In this document: piece by piece, positions 1 to 12,520 of the stretch
How positions within the stretch are numbered: position 1 is the first letter of the stretch
Layout: the number at the start of each line of letters is the position of its first letter
Position numbers and translations under genes: made by a program
Assembly (NCBI GenBank): GCA_030264375.1
Contig: JASCQW010000128.1
Coordinates: forward strand, 15,598,211 to 15,662,210
Length of the DNA stretch: 64,000 bases
Reading direction: 5' to 3'
From: Carcharhinus longimanus
Lineage: Eukaryota
Notes under the pieces: generated by a model
What the model was told of the DNA's origin: nothing
What the model saw: the letters and a program-made list of their open reading frames with translations, nothing else
The model's database searches: none

Positions 1-1250
1 GTGGTGCCCCGATCCTCACTCAGCTGTGGACCCGTGCACTGGTGTACAGAGAACAGTTAGGAACCAGACTTCTATTGCACCATGGCAGCATCACAGCGTG
101 TTGCATAGTGAGTCATCATCACCCTTCTGCCTGGACAGGGAATTCACTAACATAGTCAACCAAGGCCCATTATCTTCCCAACAACCTGTGTCCCCAAGAC
201 TCTTTCTCTCTCTTCTCCCCCCTTGCCAGAACCTGCGTTTGTTACCGTTCATGGGGCCTGGGATGGAATGTCCACAATAAACCACAAAGTCTGACCAGCA
301 GATAGACGGCAGAGTGACCAGTACGACATCAGTGGTATTGGAACTCAACCTCATATGAAAACCCTCGGGCCATTACCAACCCAATCCTGTGGATCCCTGG
401 ACAAGCTCGAGTCCACCCTCCCACCACAATCGCCCACATCAAGCAAGCCTCCCCCACCCCATCCTGCAAAATGGCAGTGGCTGAACCCCACCCCCAGAGG
501 TTGGTACTCAGCAGTACTCACCTCCCAGTTCTTCTTTGCTTGCACCTTGATCACACTTCTAAAGACCTGGTATTATGTTACACTAGAGAGGTGGGAAGCC
601 TCGGGGGAGGGGATGCCAGCTCACTAATTATATTGAATTCCAGTCAGTCAACGTCATGCTAATAAGCTTTAGTTTTAAGGTGCAGTTCATGACATTCAAT
701 AGGAACCGGGAAGATCGCAAACCATTTGGCACCGGGCATGAATCGGACTTATAGCTTTGCAATTTTCCAAGCTTGCTGCCACTTGGCATGGCCACACTAA
801 AAATAATGGACACCACGCTCTGAACAAGGTTGGTATCAGACCTCTCCTTGCTAGTAGCAGCAGGTTTTTCTGGCAGACTTTCCAAAGCACCAAGCATTTC
901 AGTGTGCACACCCTTGAGCCTTTTACTAGGCACTGCCTCAAAGTCCTCAACCGAGTCCACTGGTGTAGGACGTACATAGCTTCATCTTATGATAAGCTAG
1001 CATCTACACTACCTTTTCTCCTGTCCTGGCTGCAGACCACTCCTGCACAATGCAGCTCCTCCTGTAACCCACCAGTTAGTTCTTGCTATTTGCAGTTATG
1101 CACCACTTTGGCCTGCATGAGGGAAGAAGGTGTGTCAACAGGGTGGTGCAATATGTTTGGGTGATGCAGCTATCATGGTTGACTAGCTGGAAGTGTGCAC
1201 AAGCTGTCCCCTCCTCCCCTATTGTACCATAGTCACTCTTCCCACAGGTC
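1..1250 (-). mobile_element. Decayed PIF/Harbinger-type transposon fragment (Myb/SANT-partner ORF remnant)
   Basis: Minus ORF 628-960 (KRLKGVHTEMLGALESLPEK...) resembles the coiled-coil C-terminus of Harbinger second-ORF proteins and the equivalent segment at about 10.9-11.1 kb. It is disrupted and has no clean exon structure. Confidence 0.4.
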
Positions 1251-1524
1251 TAATACTTTCACAGTCACTTACAGCACTTCAGTTAAAGCTCCCTTCAAGT
1301 ACTACCTGAACTTGTGCTGACTCAGAATTCTGCACTCTTTGCGCAGACATGTAACCACTCCACAGTGCCTTAGGTGCTGGGTGCAGACTGTAATCAACTA
1401 GGCAGCACAAAGTTAGCATGTTGCTGGCATCAGAAGCAACAGGTGTAAGTTGATTACACAATGCAAACCCTATGCCAATTTACAGGCCTTTATCCAATTT
1501 CACGGTCCTTATTCCACAATAGGA

Positions 1525-1710
1525 AATGGAGTCAGGAGTTCTCTTGGTGGCCTGGGTCAATATTTTCCCACCAATCAGCATCATCAAAGCAAAAATTGAT
1601 TAAGCTAATCATTCATTTCATGGCTGCATATTAAAGTAATTTTATCAAATTAAGCATTTCAAGGTACTTCAATTATATAATCAGGTTCTATAGAAATGGA
1701 AATATTATTT
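1525..1710 (+). mobile_element. Deu-domain SINE fragment
   Basis: GGAGTTCTC..GGTG.CCTGG..AATATT..CCC core and a TATAGAAATG.AA-type tail shared with the other copies in the window. Confidence 0.5.
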
Positions 1711-2409
1711 TGATGAATTATTTTTTCAGTAATTTTGGTCTTAAATTCCCTCCCAAAAGTACAATGAAACAATAGTTTACACCGTGATGGTGATGCATCA
1801 TATTAACATCTGGACGGCACCACATCTGGATATGCTTTGGTACGTCCTGAATTTGTGAAAATTACTAAATAAATGCAAGTTCCGTCTCTGTTTCTTTCTT
1901 TCACAACATGATCTAAGGCAGGATTTCCTCTGCTCAAGCTCCTGATCTCTATGCCAAGCAGAAAACCTGCCAAGATTCTACATGGTTTGTGTATGAGAAA
2001 AGGGGAGGAATAAAAAGGAAATTGTTCCATACACTCCTCAACAGCACCTACAAGAGTAACATCTTGGGCCATTACTGCCTGCCTATTCTCTTAAGTAGGG
2101 AATGGTGCTGTCAAAACAGAAGCAGCCAAAAGATGATGACATAAAGGAAGGAAACAGTATATGGTCCAGGACTTGTATACCACCCATTAATAACACTGGA
2201 CTACTCTTAAGTTGTGCAATTAAAAAGCAGCATGCAACCTCAAATTAATTTTGCTATTACTCCTGCTCGACACATAGTCAAGATCCCCTGTGTTTCCAAA
2301 TTACTAATTATACCACAATGATAGATTTTGAAGATGGGAAGAACCCTACAAAAACCCTACTGAAAATGTAAATCATACATCTGATCCATTAAAAGGGTAT
2401 GAGGATACT

Positions 2410-2790
2410 TGAGCATGTTATGTTAATGAATTAGTAATCCAAAGACCTGGACTAACAGAGAGACATTAGTTAAAATCCCACTATAGCAGCTGGACAATTT
2501 AAACTCAGTTAATAAAAGTCTGGAATGGAAAGCTAATTTTGGTAATTTTGATCATGATACTAGCAAATTGTTGTAAAATCCCACTTGTTCACAATCTCCT
2601 TTAGGGAAGAGAATCTGCTGTCTCAGCCTGTCTGGACCTGTGTGCAACTTCAGACCCTCAGCAACCTGAGTGAGTCTTAACTTCCCCATGGAATAATCTA
2701 GCATTGTGTTCTACATCATCTTCTCAAGAGCAATCAGGAATAGTCAATAATTTTGGCCTTTCCAGCAATGCACAATTGAATTAAAAACAG
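2410..2790 (+). mobile_element. tRNA-derived SINE sharing its 3' tail with the local CR1-clade LINE
   Basis: TAGTAATCCA...AAATCCCAC head, CCTTTAGGGAAG body and CTCAAG.GCAAT.AGG tail. Homologous to 4475-4706 and 32285-32640. Confidence 0.6.
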
Positions 2791-2809
2791 TAACAGCGTT
2801 AATTAAACA

Positions 2810-3185
2810 TACCCTCACTTCACCATTGAGTACCATCTACAGGGTGCAATGCAGAACCTCACCGATATCTCCCAAACCAGAGACCTCTATCACCTAGAAC
2901 AGCAGTCTCCAAAGTCCGATCTGGATGTGGCCCGCGAGCTGTAGTTTGGAGACGCCTGACCTGGGACAAGGGTAACAGGTGCACCCCAATTTCATGTCCA
3001 AGTCACGCACCACCCTGACTTAGGAAGATATCACCATTCTTTCATTATTGCTAAATCCTAGATTTCTTAACAGAACCGAGAGTGTATAGTTCCAACGCAG
3101 CAATTCAAACACTCAACTCGCCACCATCTTTTCAAGAATAACTAGGTATGGGCAATAAATGCTAGTCTCGGTAATGAGAATGAAT
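2810..3185 (+). mobile_element. 3' fragment of CR1-clade LINE (same family as 35085-36262)
   Basis: TACCATCTACAGG.TGCA.TGCAG...CACCACC.TCT..CAAG...AGG.ATGGGCAATAAATGCT tail. Confidence 0.65.
2900..2958. mobile_element. 59-bp hAT/Charlie-like MITE
   Basis: TIRs CAGCAGTCTCCAAA / TTTGGAGACGCCTG, internal GGCCCGCG motif, and an imperfect 8-bp TSD ACCTAGAA / ACCTGGGA. Confidence 0.6.
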
Positions 3186-4391
3186 TAGTTTAAAATGGAC
3201 AAATATACACTCTGAGTAAACACATATGCATTGTAAACCCCAATGGCACTATAGTTTGATGAACTGAGCATTTTTTTTAAATCATGTTCAATTTTCTGAC
3301 ATCTGTAGGCAAGATATTTGCAAAGATTATTGAAAATGTCTCAATCCAGATTATAACACTGTCCTTGCAAAACTTAAGTAGAAACATATACAACGCAGAA
3401 GATTAGGAAGAAGAAAGAATGTGGATGAAAAGGAAAGTTCAATAACTTTACCAACTATTTCTGAATCATATTCAAGAATTTTGGTCTCCAAGACAACAAA
3501 ACAGGAGCTGCGATTGGCACTGATCTGCCTACCCTTCCGATGACAATTCAAGATTGAGGGGGTGGAGTGGAACATTTTTTTTAAAAATCAGGGTTCTCAC
3601 CCATGATTACAGCAACAGTGTGGTGTCAGCAACACTTGTTAGAAAGTGTGAGAATGTCAGACAAGGCCAGTGATTTTAGGGCCCATTCACCACAAGCACA
3701 ATTTCAGTTAGGGTCACTAAATCTCATGAGGGCCATAATGCCATTTGTGCTGGTGAGATTCCCATGTGTTTCTTTTTGGGACCTGAGCCTGATTTATATC
3801 AATTTGAATGAATTTAAAATGTCATTAAACAGCTTTACACTGCTACATTGGGTCACAGATGCTCTCCCACTCCCCACCCCCAGCAGCGTGATGTCATGCC
3901 AGTGGGATTCACATCTGGTTTCCAAAAACAGAAGCCATTCATGATGACCATGCCAGGAGCATGGAGGAGAGTAGAGCACCCAGATGGTAAGAGACATGGC
4001 TGAGCGGTGCCCTGGCATGGAGGTGGGGCCTCGAGGGGACCCCACTGGGGAATGTGGCCAGGTCACTCTGATGCCTGCATAGTATTGGGGGGTGGGGGGG
4101 TGCATTGGGAAAGGTGGTGCAAAACATACACCCCTGTTTTTTTTAAAAAACAGTGTCAGAAGGTCAAGAGTGAAAACACATGGCTCTATTTCTGGGGAGA
4201 AACAAACCAGTTTTCAGTCAGAGCCATTTTTTAAGGAANNNNNNNNNNNNNNNNNNNNNNNNNNNNNNNNNNNNNNNNNNNNNNNNNNNNNNNNNNNNNN
4301 NNNNNNNNNNNNNNNNNNNNNNNNNNNNNNNNNNNNNNNNNNNNNNNNNNNNNNNNNNNNNNNNNNNNNNNNNNNNNNNNNNNNNNNNNNN

Positions 4392-4470
4392 NGCTGCCAG
4401 ACCTGCTGAGATTTTCCAGCATTTTCTCTTTTGGTTTCAGATTCCAGTATCTGCAGTAATTTGCTTTTAC
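4392..4470. mobile_element. Penelope-like element terminus (family A)
   Basis: GCTGCCAGACCTGCTGAGATTTTCCAGCATTTTC...CAGATTCCAGTATCTGCAGTAATTTGCTTTT, also present at about 15.0, 15.4, 31.2, 46.1-46.6 and 47.4 kb. Confidence 0.6.
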
Positions 4471-4474
4471 ACAT

Positions 4475-4706
4475 TTGCTGTGAGTCTGGAGTCACATGTA
4501 GACACACTGGGCAAGTCCCTAAAAGGACATTAATAGACCAGATGGGTTTTTAGAACAATCATTATTAAACCTTTAATTCAAGATTTTTTATTGAATTCAA
4601 ATTTCACCAACTGCTGTGGTGGGATTTGAACCCAAGTTCCCAGAGCTATATCCTGGGCCTCAGTTTTACTCCTACAGTGACAATGCTACTACTCCACCAC
4701 CTCCCT
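4475..4706 (-). mobile_element. tRNA-derived SINE, 5' part (same family as 2410-2790)
   Basis: Reverse complement has a GGGAGGTGGTGGAGTAGT head with B-box GGGTTCAAATCCC and the AACCCATCTGG body. Confidence 0.65.
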
Positions 4707-6744
4707 GAAAATGCAATTCAGAGGATCAGGGTCCCTTGGTGGAATTAAGAGAATAACCCCCATTGATTTCAACGTAATGAAGATGTAGCGAGAAGCAAGA
4801 ATGTCTAACAACATATCTGGAATGCGAGGGAAGAACTATTTTTGGCCAGCTGGAAGGAGAAACATACATGCTTGTCATTATCATAGTATTACCACTAACA
4901 TCGAGACCCAAGTTATGTTCCAACAGTCCCAGTTATAGCTACCACAAAATAAAGTCACAAATAAAAACAGAAATACTCATTCGGACGGACAGCACCTGTG
5001 AGGAGAGGAACAGAGTTAAGGTTGAGTAGAATGACTTTTCAGAATTAGAAAAACTTACAACCTTGACGTCAGTAAATTACTCATCAAATTTTCATCAAGC
5101 CCAAAATATAACCACTGGAACAGAAAGTTCCATCTGCTGTCCACCCACACTTCCCCAATTCATAGATTCTAGGCTTGTGTACAAACAAGGGGAAAATAGA
5201 TTAAAACAGGTACAAGAATTTCAACAAGAGACCTTTATACAGATTGACTAAATCTAAAAACAAAATCAAGGAAATGGTACATCATCATCTCCAGTTTGCA
5301 GGAAGCAGATGCCTACAGCCCATGCGTTTAGGATGAAGTTTTTTTTAAATGATTACACAACACATCCTGTTGACCTCATCCTACTTATCAAATGCTTCAT
5401 CTTTCTCACATTTATCAGGCTCACTTTTCACACACCTGATCTTAAAGTAAGCCTGCAAGGGTTCTTTTTTTCCATTCCCTACTGAAGGCAGTTCTGGGGA
5501 AAGGCCCAATCAAATTATTGACATGTTAGCTCGGTACATTTCAAGCCTTTATTTCATTTTTGCAGGTTATCTTTCCACCTCCAGTTTTGACATTTCTGCC
5601 CTGTAGTGCCAGTTCATGAACACCTAATCTGCTGATCAATTTGTCACATACATACTGTAGCTTCAATCATATTAATAGGATTTAAATTTCCAACACCAAT
5701 TCTCTGTGCAAGATAATTTCATAGTCTATCCACTCTAGCCTTTGTTGCAGAAGATTCAAAGTATTGCACACAAGCTTTTCTGGGAAGTCACTGGTTGGCA
5801 CACTTGGTAAAATAGCATGGTGTAAGTAAAGTTTGCCATTTCCCATACAGTAAGTTCCAGTCTCAGAAAGGATATGAGCTGAGTAATGGATAAATACTTG
5901 CCCAAGGAAGGAAGGGCTGGGCAAAATTCAGAAGGGCCAGCCACCGCCTTCAATTACCTGTCCATCTTCAAACCGGTCAATTGCATGGCTGCTTACAGTA
6001 CAGCAAGTACTCAAGTTAAAACTGGATTGTCAGAGAAATCAGAGCTCCGTCAAGAAATCCACTTGTTTTCAAATTAAAAAGTAAAAAATTAAGTTTGAAA
6101 AAACTCCCAGGCTACGTAAGAATTTTAAAAGGTTCGCCTGACACCAGTTGCAGTGAAGCTGTAACAGGTGGATTATTGATTCTGTACCAACATTAGTTAT
6201 AATTGTACAAGCAAAGCTCGCATCATCTCCAAGCTAAAAATCACCTTGCAACTGTAAAAGATATATACTATAACAGAAGTAAATGTGTATGCTTAGGTGA
6301 TTTGACAATAGTTGAACATTTCATATATCGATGGGGGTAATGGTGTGCTATAATTCACTCAGAGAACCCATGGTGCTGTGGCAACATGCACTTCTGCGTG
6401 CATATTGTCGTCCAGAACTATGGAAAGCAATGATAGAGGCTCCAACTTTTTTTCCATCAAATGGCTGAGAAGGAATCTCTTACTGCCTACCATTGACATG
6501 TGTTGGAAGGATTTGCAGGTTGATACTTAACCTGTTTGGCTGCATAATGAACGCTCCACCCTTGGCCTTCAAGTTGTGGGGTGGGACTCAAACCTGGAAC
6601 TGCTGGCTCAAAGGCCGGGACACCACACACTGCACCATAAGATCTCATGCATGGGTATATCAAGAAAAAGCAAAGCTGATTCTACTAGAATTCTGTACTG
6701 AACAAGTTCCAGTGAAACCATACTGCTGTAGTTTGACAATGCTT

Positions 6745-6915
6745 TAGCCAAGGTCCTGAGTTCTGGAATTCCCTCCTTTAATGCTTTCTGTAAAAACTAC
6801 CTCTAATCATCATCTGCCCTAATAATCATGTGACTCAAAGTCAAATTTTGATAACGCTCATATGAGGTGCCTTGGAATGTTTTATTTTGTTAAAGGGGCT
6901 ATAGAATGCAAGTTC
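6745..6915 (+). mobile_element. L2-type LINE 3' tail
   Basis: CTGGAATTCCCTCC...GTCAAATTT.GATAACGCTC...CCTTGG.ATGTTT...GTTAAAGG.GCTATA tail. Same family at 8490-8610 (-), 26410-26682 (+) and 29722-29870 (-). Confidence 0.55.
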
Positions 6916-7179
6916 ACATTTCACATCTTAAACACTCCCTCCCAAAATTTAGAATTTTGAAAAAACACAAAAGGTGCAAACACCACACTGAGCCCAAAGA
7001 GATGTAAATAATTTGCATTTGACCAAATGCTACTGGCTCTGATGCATGAACGCAGAGTTAAACAAATGCCATTCTGGAAGACAGTCACCTTTCTTTTCAT
7101 AATATCACATTAATAGCAGCAATGGCAGGTAAGTGAAGTAACATTTTCTCTAGAAAGGCAGGTTACCCAGGTCACCTTT

Positions 7180-7445
7180 TATATTCATTCATGGGATGCA
7201 AGCACTGCTGACAAGGCCAGCATTTATTCCCATCCCCAATTGCCCCCATGGAGGTGGTGGTAGGCTGCCTTTTTTGAACTTCTGCAGTCCATGTAGTGTA
7301 TTAACACCCACAGTGCTGTTTGGGAGGAGAGTCAGAGCTTTTACTCTGCAAAAATAAAGGATCAGCAACACAATCCCAAGTCAGGATGTGTGCCTTGCAG
7401 CAGAATTGCAAGTGGTGAAGTTCCCAAGTGCCTGCTGCCCTTATT
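7180..7445 (-). mobile_element. CR1-clade LINE 3' tail
   Basis: ATTCATTCATGGGATG...GGCCAGCATTTATTCCCATCCCCAATTGCCC is the reverse complement of the family tail. Confidence 0.65.
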
Positions 7446-9784
7446 ACCTGTTAAAAACCTGTTTAAATAAGTTTAAAGCACTTTTGTAGTAAGAACTTAC
7501 CTTGTAGAACTCTTTAAATCATTTAAAAGCATTTTTGCGGGCTTTTTGTATCTACCGCTTTAAGAATTCTAAGGGAGTGGATTGCAGGGAGTTGTGGGGG
7601 AGCAGGCTTTAAAACAGCGCCAGGTTTAANNNNNNNNNNNNNNNNNNNNNNNNNNNNNNNNNNNNNNNNNNNNNNNNNNNNNNNNNNNNNNNNNNNNNNN
7701 NNNNNNNNNNNNNNNNNNNNNNNNNNNNNNNNNNNNNNNNNNNNNNNNNNNNNNNNNNNNNNNNNNNNNNNGTTCTTGGAGCCACCGTACATTGCTGATC
7801 CAGTTAAGTTTCTGGTCAACGGTAATGCCCAGGGTGTTAATGATGGGGGAGTCAGCAGTGGCAACGCCACTGAACGTGAAGACCGTTCAATTCTCCGCCT
7901 TGTATTTGAATAGACGGAATGGTACATTTCTCCTCTAAAAAGGGAGGCATCAATACTGAGTAAACCCATGCAGGTCAGGAATACAATCACTGTGGCCAGT
8001 GTGGACTTTGCCCATTCCTAGTGGGAAAACTTACAGCCAAATCAAAAGTTGTAAGTGGCAATTTCTGTGCATGGCTGTTAGCCATCAGCTTCCATAATAC
8101 TGTCTACCCCACGCTGCAAGTGGGATGAACTCCACTGGTATCACTCAACTTAGCAGTCTTGGTCCACTGAATCATTCCCATGGCAATGTTGTAATCTTCA
8201 CACACGAAGCAAAATTAATTCTAGACATCAGCCTCCCCTTTCAAAGGTTTATCAAATCTGCTTCAACAATTCCAATTACTAACCAATTTCTGGCTTGAGG
8301 TTTTTTCTAACCATCTCCTTTAATTCTTATGATCACTGCTCATTTATTACTGTCTCACCTACCAGAAGGAATAGGCCATCACCAATAACCTCAAAGACCT
8401 CTACTCCATCAGCTCAACCCTTAACTTTCTCATATCCAGAAACAAAATAAAGTCCTGACATTACAAATGATCGTTGAAGGAAAACTCGAGTTTATGTCAG
8501 CACCTTCAGCATAGTAAAAACGTTCCAAGATGTTTCACAGGAATGTAATCAGGCAAAATTTAATATAGAGTCACAAGATTTGGATAAGTGACCAAACGCT
8601 CGTTTAAGAGCAACTTGTTTAACAGTTGGCATTGCTTTTAGATCTCTCATATACCGGCTGCATATCCTATAGAGACTGCCACCTAATGTAAATGTGGAGG
8701 ACGTACACAAACACAGCTACAAATCAGTAGCTTCAATCGGACAATTTTTTTCCTGTAGCCTAATTTTAAATGCTGGGGCATGTGATCCAATGAAATAAGC
8801 CAACATTGCTATATGTCATTTGCTTATCTACCCCTTGATAATTAATAAATGTTGTCATATCTATCCTCAAACAAAAGGCAGGCCATTTTAACAACAACAG
8901 TCTTTGAAAAAAACTGAAAAGGTTTTGGCAATTCCCCTCACGTGAGCATGACATACGAGTCAAAGTACAAGACTAGAACACAATGATTGTCGCCTAAAAT
9001 TCATCTCCTGTCAGCTACTCCACGTCATTAACTGTGACTCATCTTATCTACCAATTTCCATACATGCTGTCCGAAAACAGGTTAGTTTCAGTCGCTGAGT
9101 AATCCAGTACAACTGCAAAGTGACCCCACACCCACATATCAGACAAGCAAGTTGATTACATCCTGCTGCCATCCTTCAATTTCTGTGATTTAATCGCTCC
9201 TCTAATTAATCTAAATTGGATTCCATATAGTTCAACATCACTCTGCAAATAATAACCTGCATTTATAATGACACCTCTTAATGTACAAGAGGTCAAAGAA
9301 ACTTCCCCGAAACATAAGTCTACAATAAAATCAGTTGACTAAAGTTGCAACATTATAGCAGCAAGTTCAGGGGACCTCAGTCAGACCTTCATCTGAAGTC
9401 ACTTAAGCATTTCAATTGCATTAAACCTTAATCAGTTGTTTAGCCCAAGTATTTACAGCTCTCCTTCACTTGACAGACTTGCTGCTTACTCCCTGTGTCT
9501 CTGGCCCTGCGTCTAGAACTTTAGGATCATGTTAACATTAGGAGGCACAGCTCTGCCAGTTACTAAAGCGCAAATCAAAAGGCTTTTGAAACATACGATG
9601 GATTTTGAACTCCCAGCATGCCATGAGTCAGGGTGGGGGGGCAGGTTTTCTTACCAGTTAACACGTGAGTGTGGTGACAACAGGCACAAGCTGATTTCAA
9701 CTCCAGTATTTAAAAGGAACATTCCAAACAAACAACTTGATGAATATTGAGAGAGTTGGAAACACAACAGAAGGAATTGGCACA

Positions 9785-10022
9785 ATGGAATCCAGATATT
9801 CAAAGGCTGCATTTTATTTTAGTCACACCTCCCTGGACGCAATGGTAGGGATTCTATGGGCTGCAGAGAGAAACTCTTCCATACCGAAAGCAGGAACAAG
9901 CCTATTGATGCAACAAAGATGTGGCTCAAGGTAGCAGAGGAGATCAACACCGGGACTGTGGTGCCATGCTCAAGATTCAACGCTGAAAGCAGCTTCATGG
10001 CCTGAGCAGCTCTGGAAAGGTG
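9785..10022 (+). pseudogene. Harbinger Myb/SANT-like DNA-binding ORF remnant
   Basis: Across frameshifts it reads MESRYSKAAFYFSHTSLDAMVG / REKLFHTESRNKPIDATKMWLKVAEEINTGTVVPC / QR*KQLHGLSSSGK|GT. This fits the F..LE.L...LF....W..VAE.V.....QC.K.F.DL pattern of Myb/SANT-like (MSANTD-type) domains. Confidence 0.6.
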
Positions 10023-10351
10023 AACACGTTCACCTACATCCTGACACATCAACCCCTCCGTTCTGTCTTCTCAAGCTGATTCCAGCAAAGCACTCCTCGC
10101 GAAACCTATCATGCAGGCACACTACCCTGGGAGACGGGTCCTCCAGTCATAAGTCAACCTATAGCTGCAGGGGAGGTGCTGCTGGATATCTTGGCATGCT
10201 TGGCCATAGAAGATGGGGAGATACAGGCCACCCAGCTACCTGGTAACAGAATTAAATATTAGACAGCCACATAGTGCTCACTTACTCATTTGATGTCAAC
10301 AACAAATGAAATACAATCACGTACATAATGATCACTTAGAATGTGTATCTT

Positions 10352-10656
10352 CAGTAAAAAGTCTGACAACACCAGGTTTAAGTCCAACCAATTTATTTGA
10401 TAGTAAGCTCACAAGCTTTCGGGGTTTGTCCCTTCGTCAGGTAATTCAGACTTTTTACTGTGTTTACCCCAGTCCAATGCCGGCATATCCACACGAATGT
10501 GTATCTTGGCANNNNNNNNNNNNNNNNNNNNNNNNNNNNNNNNNNNNNNNNNNNNNNNNNNNNNNNNNNNNNNNNNNNNNNNNNNNNNNNNNNNNNNNNN
10601 NNNNNNNNNNNTTTTTACTGTGTTTACCCCAGTCCAATGCCGGCATATCCACACTA
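10352..10656. mobile_element. Penelope-like element termini (family B) in foldback arrangement, with hammerhead motif
   Basis: CAGTAAAAAGTCTGACAACACCAGG...AAGCTTTCGGGG...CCCTTCGTCAGGT followed by the opposite-orientation CAGACTTTTTACTGTGTTTACCCCAGTCCAATGCCGGC. Interrupted by an N gap. Confidence 0.65.
10408..10444 (-). ncRNA. Minimal type I hammerhead ribozyme motif
   Basis: Reverse complement reads UUAC-CUGACGA-A-GGG(ACAAAC)CCC-GAAA-GCUU-GUGA. Confidence 0.55.
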
Positions 10657-11899
10657 ATGTGTATCATGGCAGTTCTAATTCATGTCTTTACTCTCCTCCA
10701 GGGACAAACATCCCACCAAGGGTGCCCCAGGATGATAATAGGACTCCTGAGAATGCACTGTCATCATGGGACTCACGCAGAGCATGTACCAACTCAGATT
10801 CGCAAACTTTTGTGTGTCCAATCAACCAAATTGTTGGGCTTGTATTTAGCGTTTCACACATCACAGGTGAGCAAAAGTAGATGGTGGGGAGAGCCCACAT
10901 TGGAGGTCACATGATGCTCCAGGCTCTGCTCAGCTGGACATAGGTACTTCACCTTGAGGACTGACAAGGTATTTCTGCAGTAGCAGCAGGAAAGGATGTG
11001 TGTTTTATTCGCAGGTGTTCCTGCCACACTGTGCACACTTGCAAAGGGGGTACAGGGATTTGTCTGGAACACGAGTAACAGTGTTATTAGACTCTTGCAA
11101 TGATAACCACTCTTTCCATGAAAGAAAATATCTGCATAGTGCATCAAATGCAGCAATTAAAAAGTGTGAATCATGAATTCCATCTTAAGTGAGATGTATG
11201 ATATCTGGCCCTGGCCATTTATTGCCTATCTGCAACAAACTATTCTCCAGCTCACTGTTAGCAGGAAAATGAGTATGGGCAAAGGGATGAGGTAAAAGGA
11301 GACCTGGAAGTGGGCATTTGGCACAAAGTGCTTCTGCTTCTCACCTATTACTCTCCTCATCATCACTGCCCTAGTCAGTAGTAACTCTCATATTACCTTT
11401 GATGATCAAACATTGCAGACCCTGCAAAAGGTGCAGGTCACTAATACTTACCAGGGTCCTCTCAGACTCCAAAACCCAGAAGGCATCAGCAAAATGCATC
11501 TCAGAGTCTGAGCAGGGAAGTGCAGCCTACCTCTAACTCTGTTAAAGCCACAGTACAGAATTGTAATTACATAAATATATGCACAAGGGAGGTGTGACAC
11601 AATGTTAGATTGATTATTTTTGAGCCACCTAGTTTCTTCACACCACTCCTCATGAAACATCTATTTTTGGTTGCTGTCTAGAAAGTGGCTTCTTTAGTTG
11701 CACTGAACTGCTGCTGAGCTGGGGAACGGGTATTATAAAGGGATACTTGCTTGTTTGCAGAACAGCTTTGTGGAGGGGGAATTATGGAATGGACAGTGAG
11801 GAATGGAATGGCTTTTCCATGCAGTTGCCAGATGTGTGTTCCGGTGGAGTGTAACCGTATCTCACAATACATTTCCAGCAGCAAAGTGCATCACTGCTG

Positions 11900-12520
11900 G
11901 TGGATTGACACATTACATCCCATCTCCTCCTCTTCAGAAACATCTGTAGACCCTCTGTGCTCTTCATTTTATTTCTCTTGTAGGCCACATCACATCATAA
12001 CTATTCTGGAGATCTGCTTTAAGATGCAAAGGGTGTAAAGAAGGCTGGACTGAAGCATCATGGCAGCTGCCCAGGATTTGACGATCTGGGGATGCCTTCA
12101 TTACTACAGATGAACATCTGATGATGCTGGTTCCTGTGGGAAGCTACAGACACAAACCTGAGGGTCTGCTTATGTTGACTGGTGTCATTATAGGCAATAT
12201 TGACATAATTGTATGTCTTGCCAAACAAGCCTTCAGATTTATGCCCAATGTGTTTGAATGCTGCCGAATATGCAATCATGCATATACCTCCACAGGAGCT
12301 CTGGAAGAAGCCAGAGCAAAGAAATTACAGGTGGTGTTGACTTTGATAGCCACAGTTAAAGCATAGCCACCAGTTTCACTTGGCATCAGGCCTTATTCCA
12401 GAGGCTGCAAATGTCTGACACCACCTGGGACAGGGCCCTGGGCCTCCTGAGATACTTAAGTCCCAACATGTCAACATGCTTATCCTCTGTCTGTCGAGTC
12501 TGCATGCTGAGTATGACTTT
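11900..12520 (-). pseudogene. Harbinger (HARBI1-like) DDE transposase remnant
   Basis: Minus-strand frames give SQVVSDICSL / LMPSETGGYALTVAIKVNTTCNFFA / LFGKTYNYVNIA..SQHKQTLRFVSVA and GSCHDA (the PGS.HD motif). It has frameshifts, stops and an apparent deletion of the IDCTH block. Confidence 0.7.

Noticed and set aside
1803-2072. 89-aa minus ORF (and 5682-5953) as exons of the upstream gene
   Set aside because: No similarity to NOS1AP or any protein family I recognise, and no convincing pair of splice sites.
10447-10656. Tandem duplication of the 40-bp Penelope end on either side of the gap
   Set aside because: Identical sequence flanking a roughly 100-N gap may be a contig overlap artefact, so it cannot be trusted as a real tandem repeat.
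11900-12520. Domesticated host gene HARBI1
   Set aside because: Multiple stops, frameshifts and a missing catalytic block show it is a decayed transposon.
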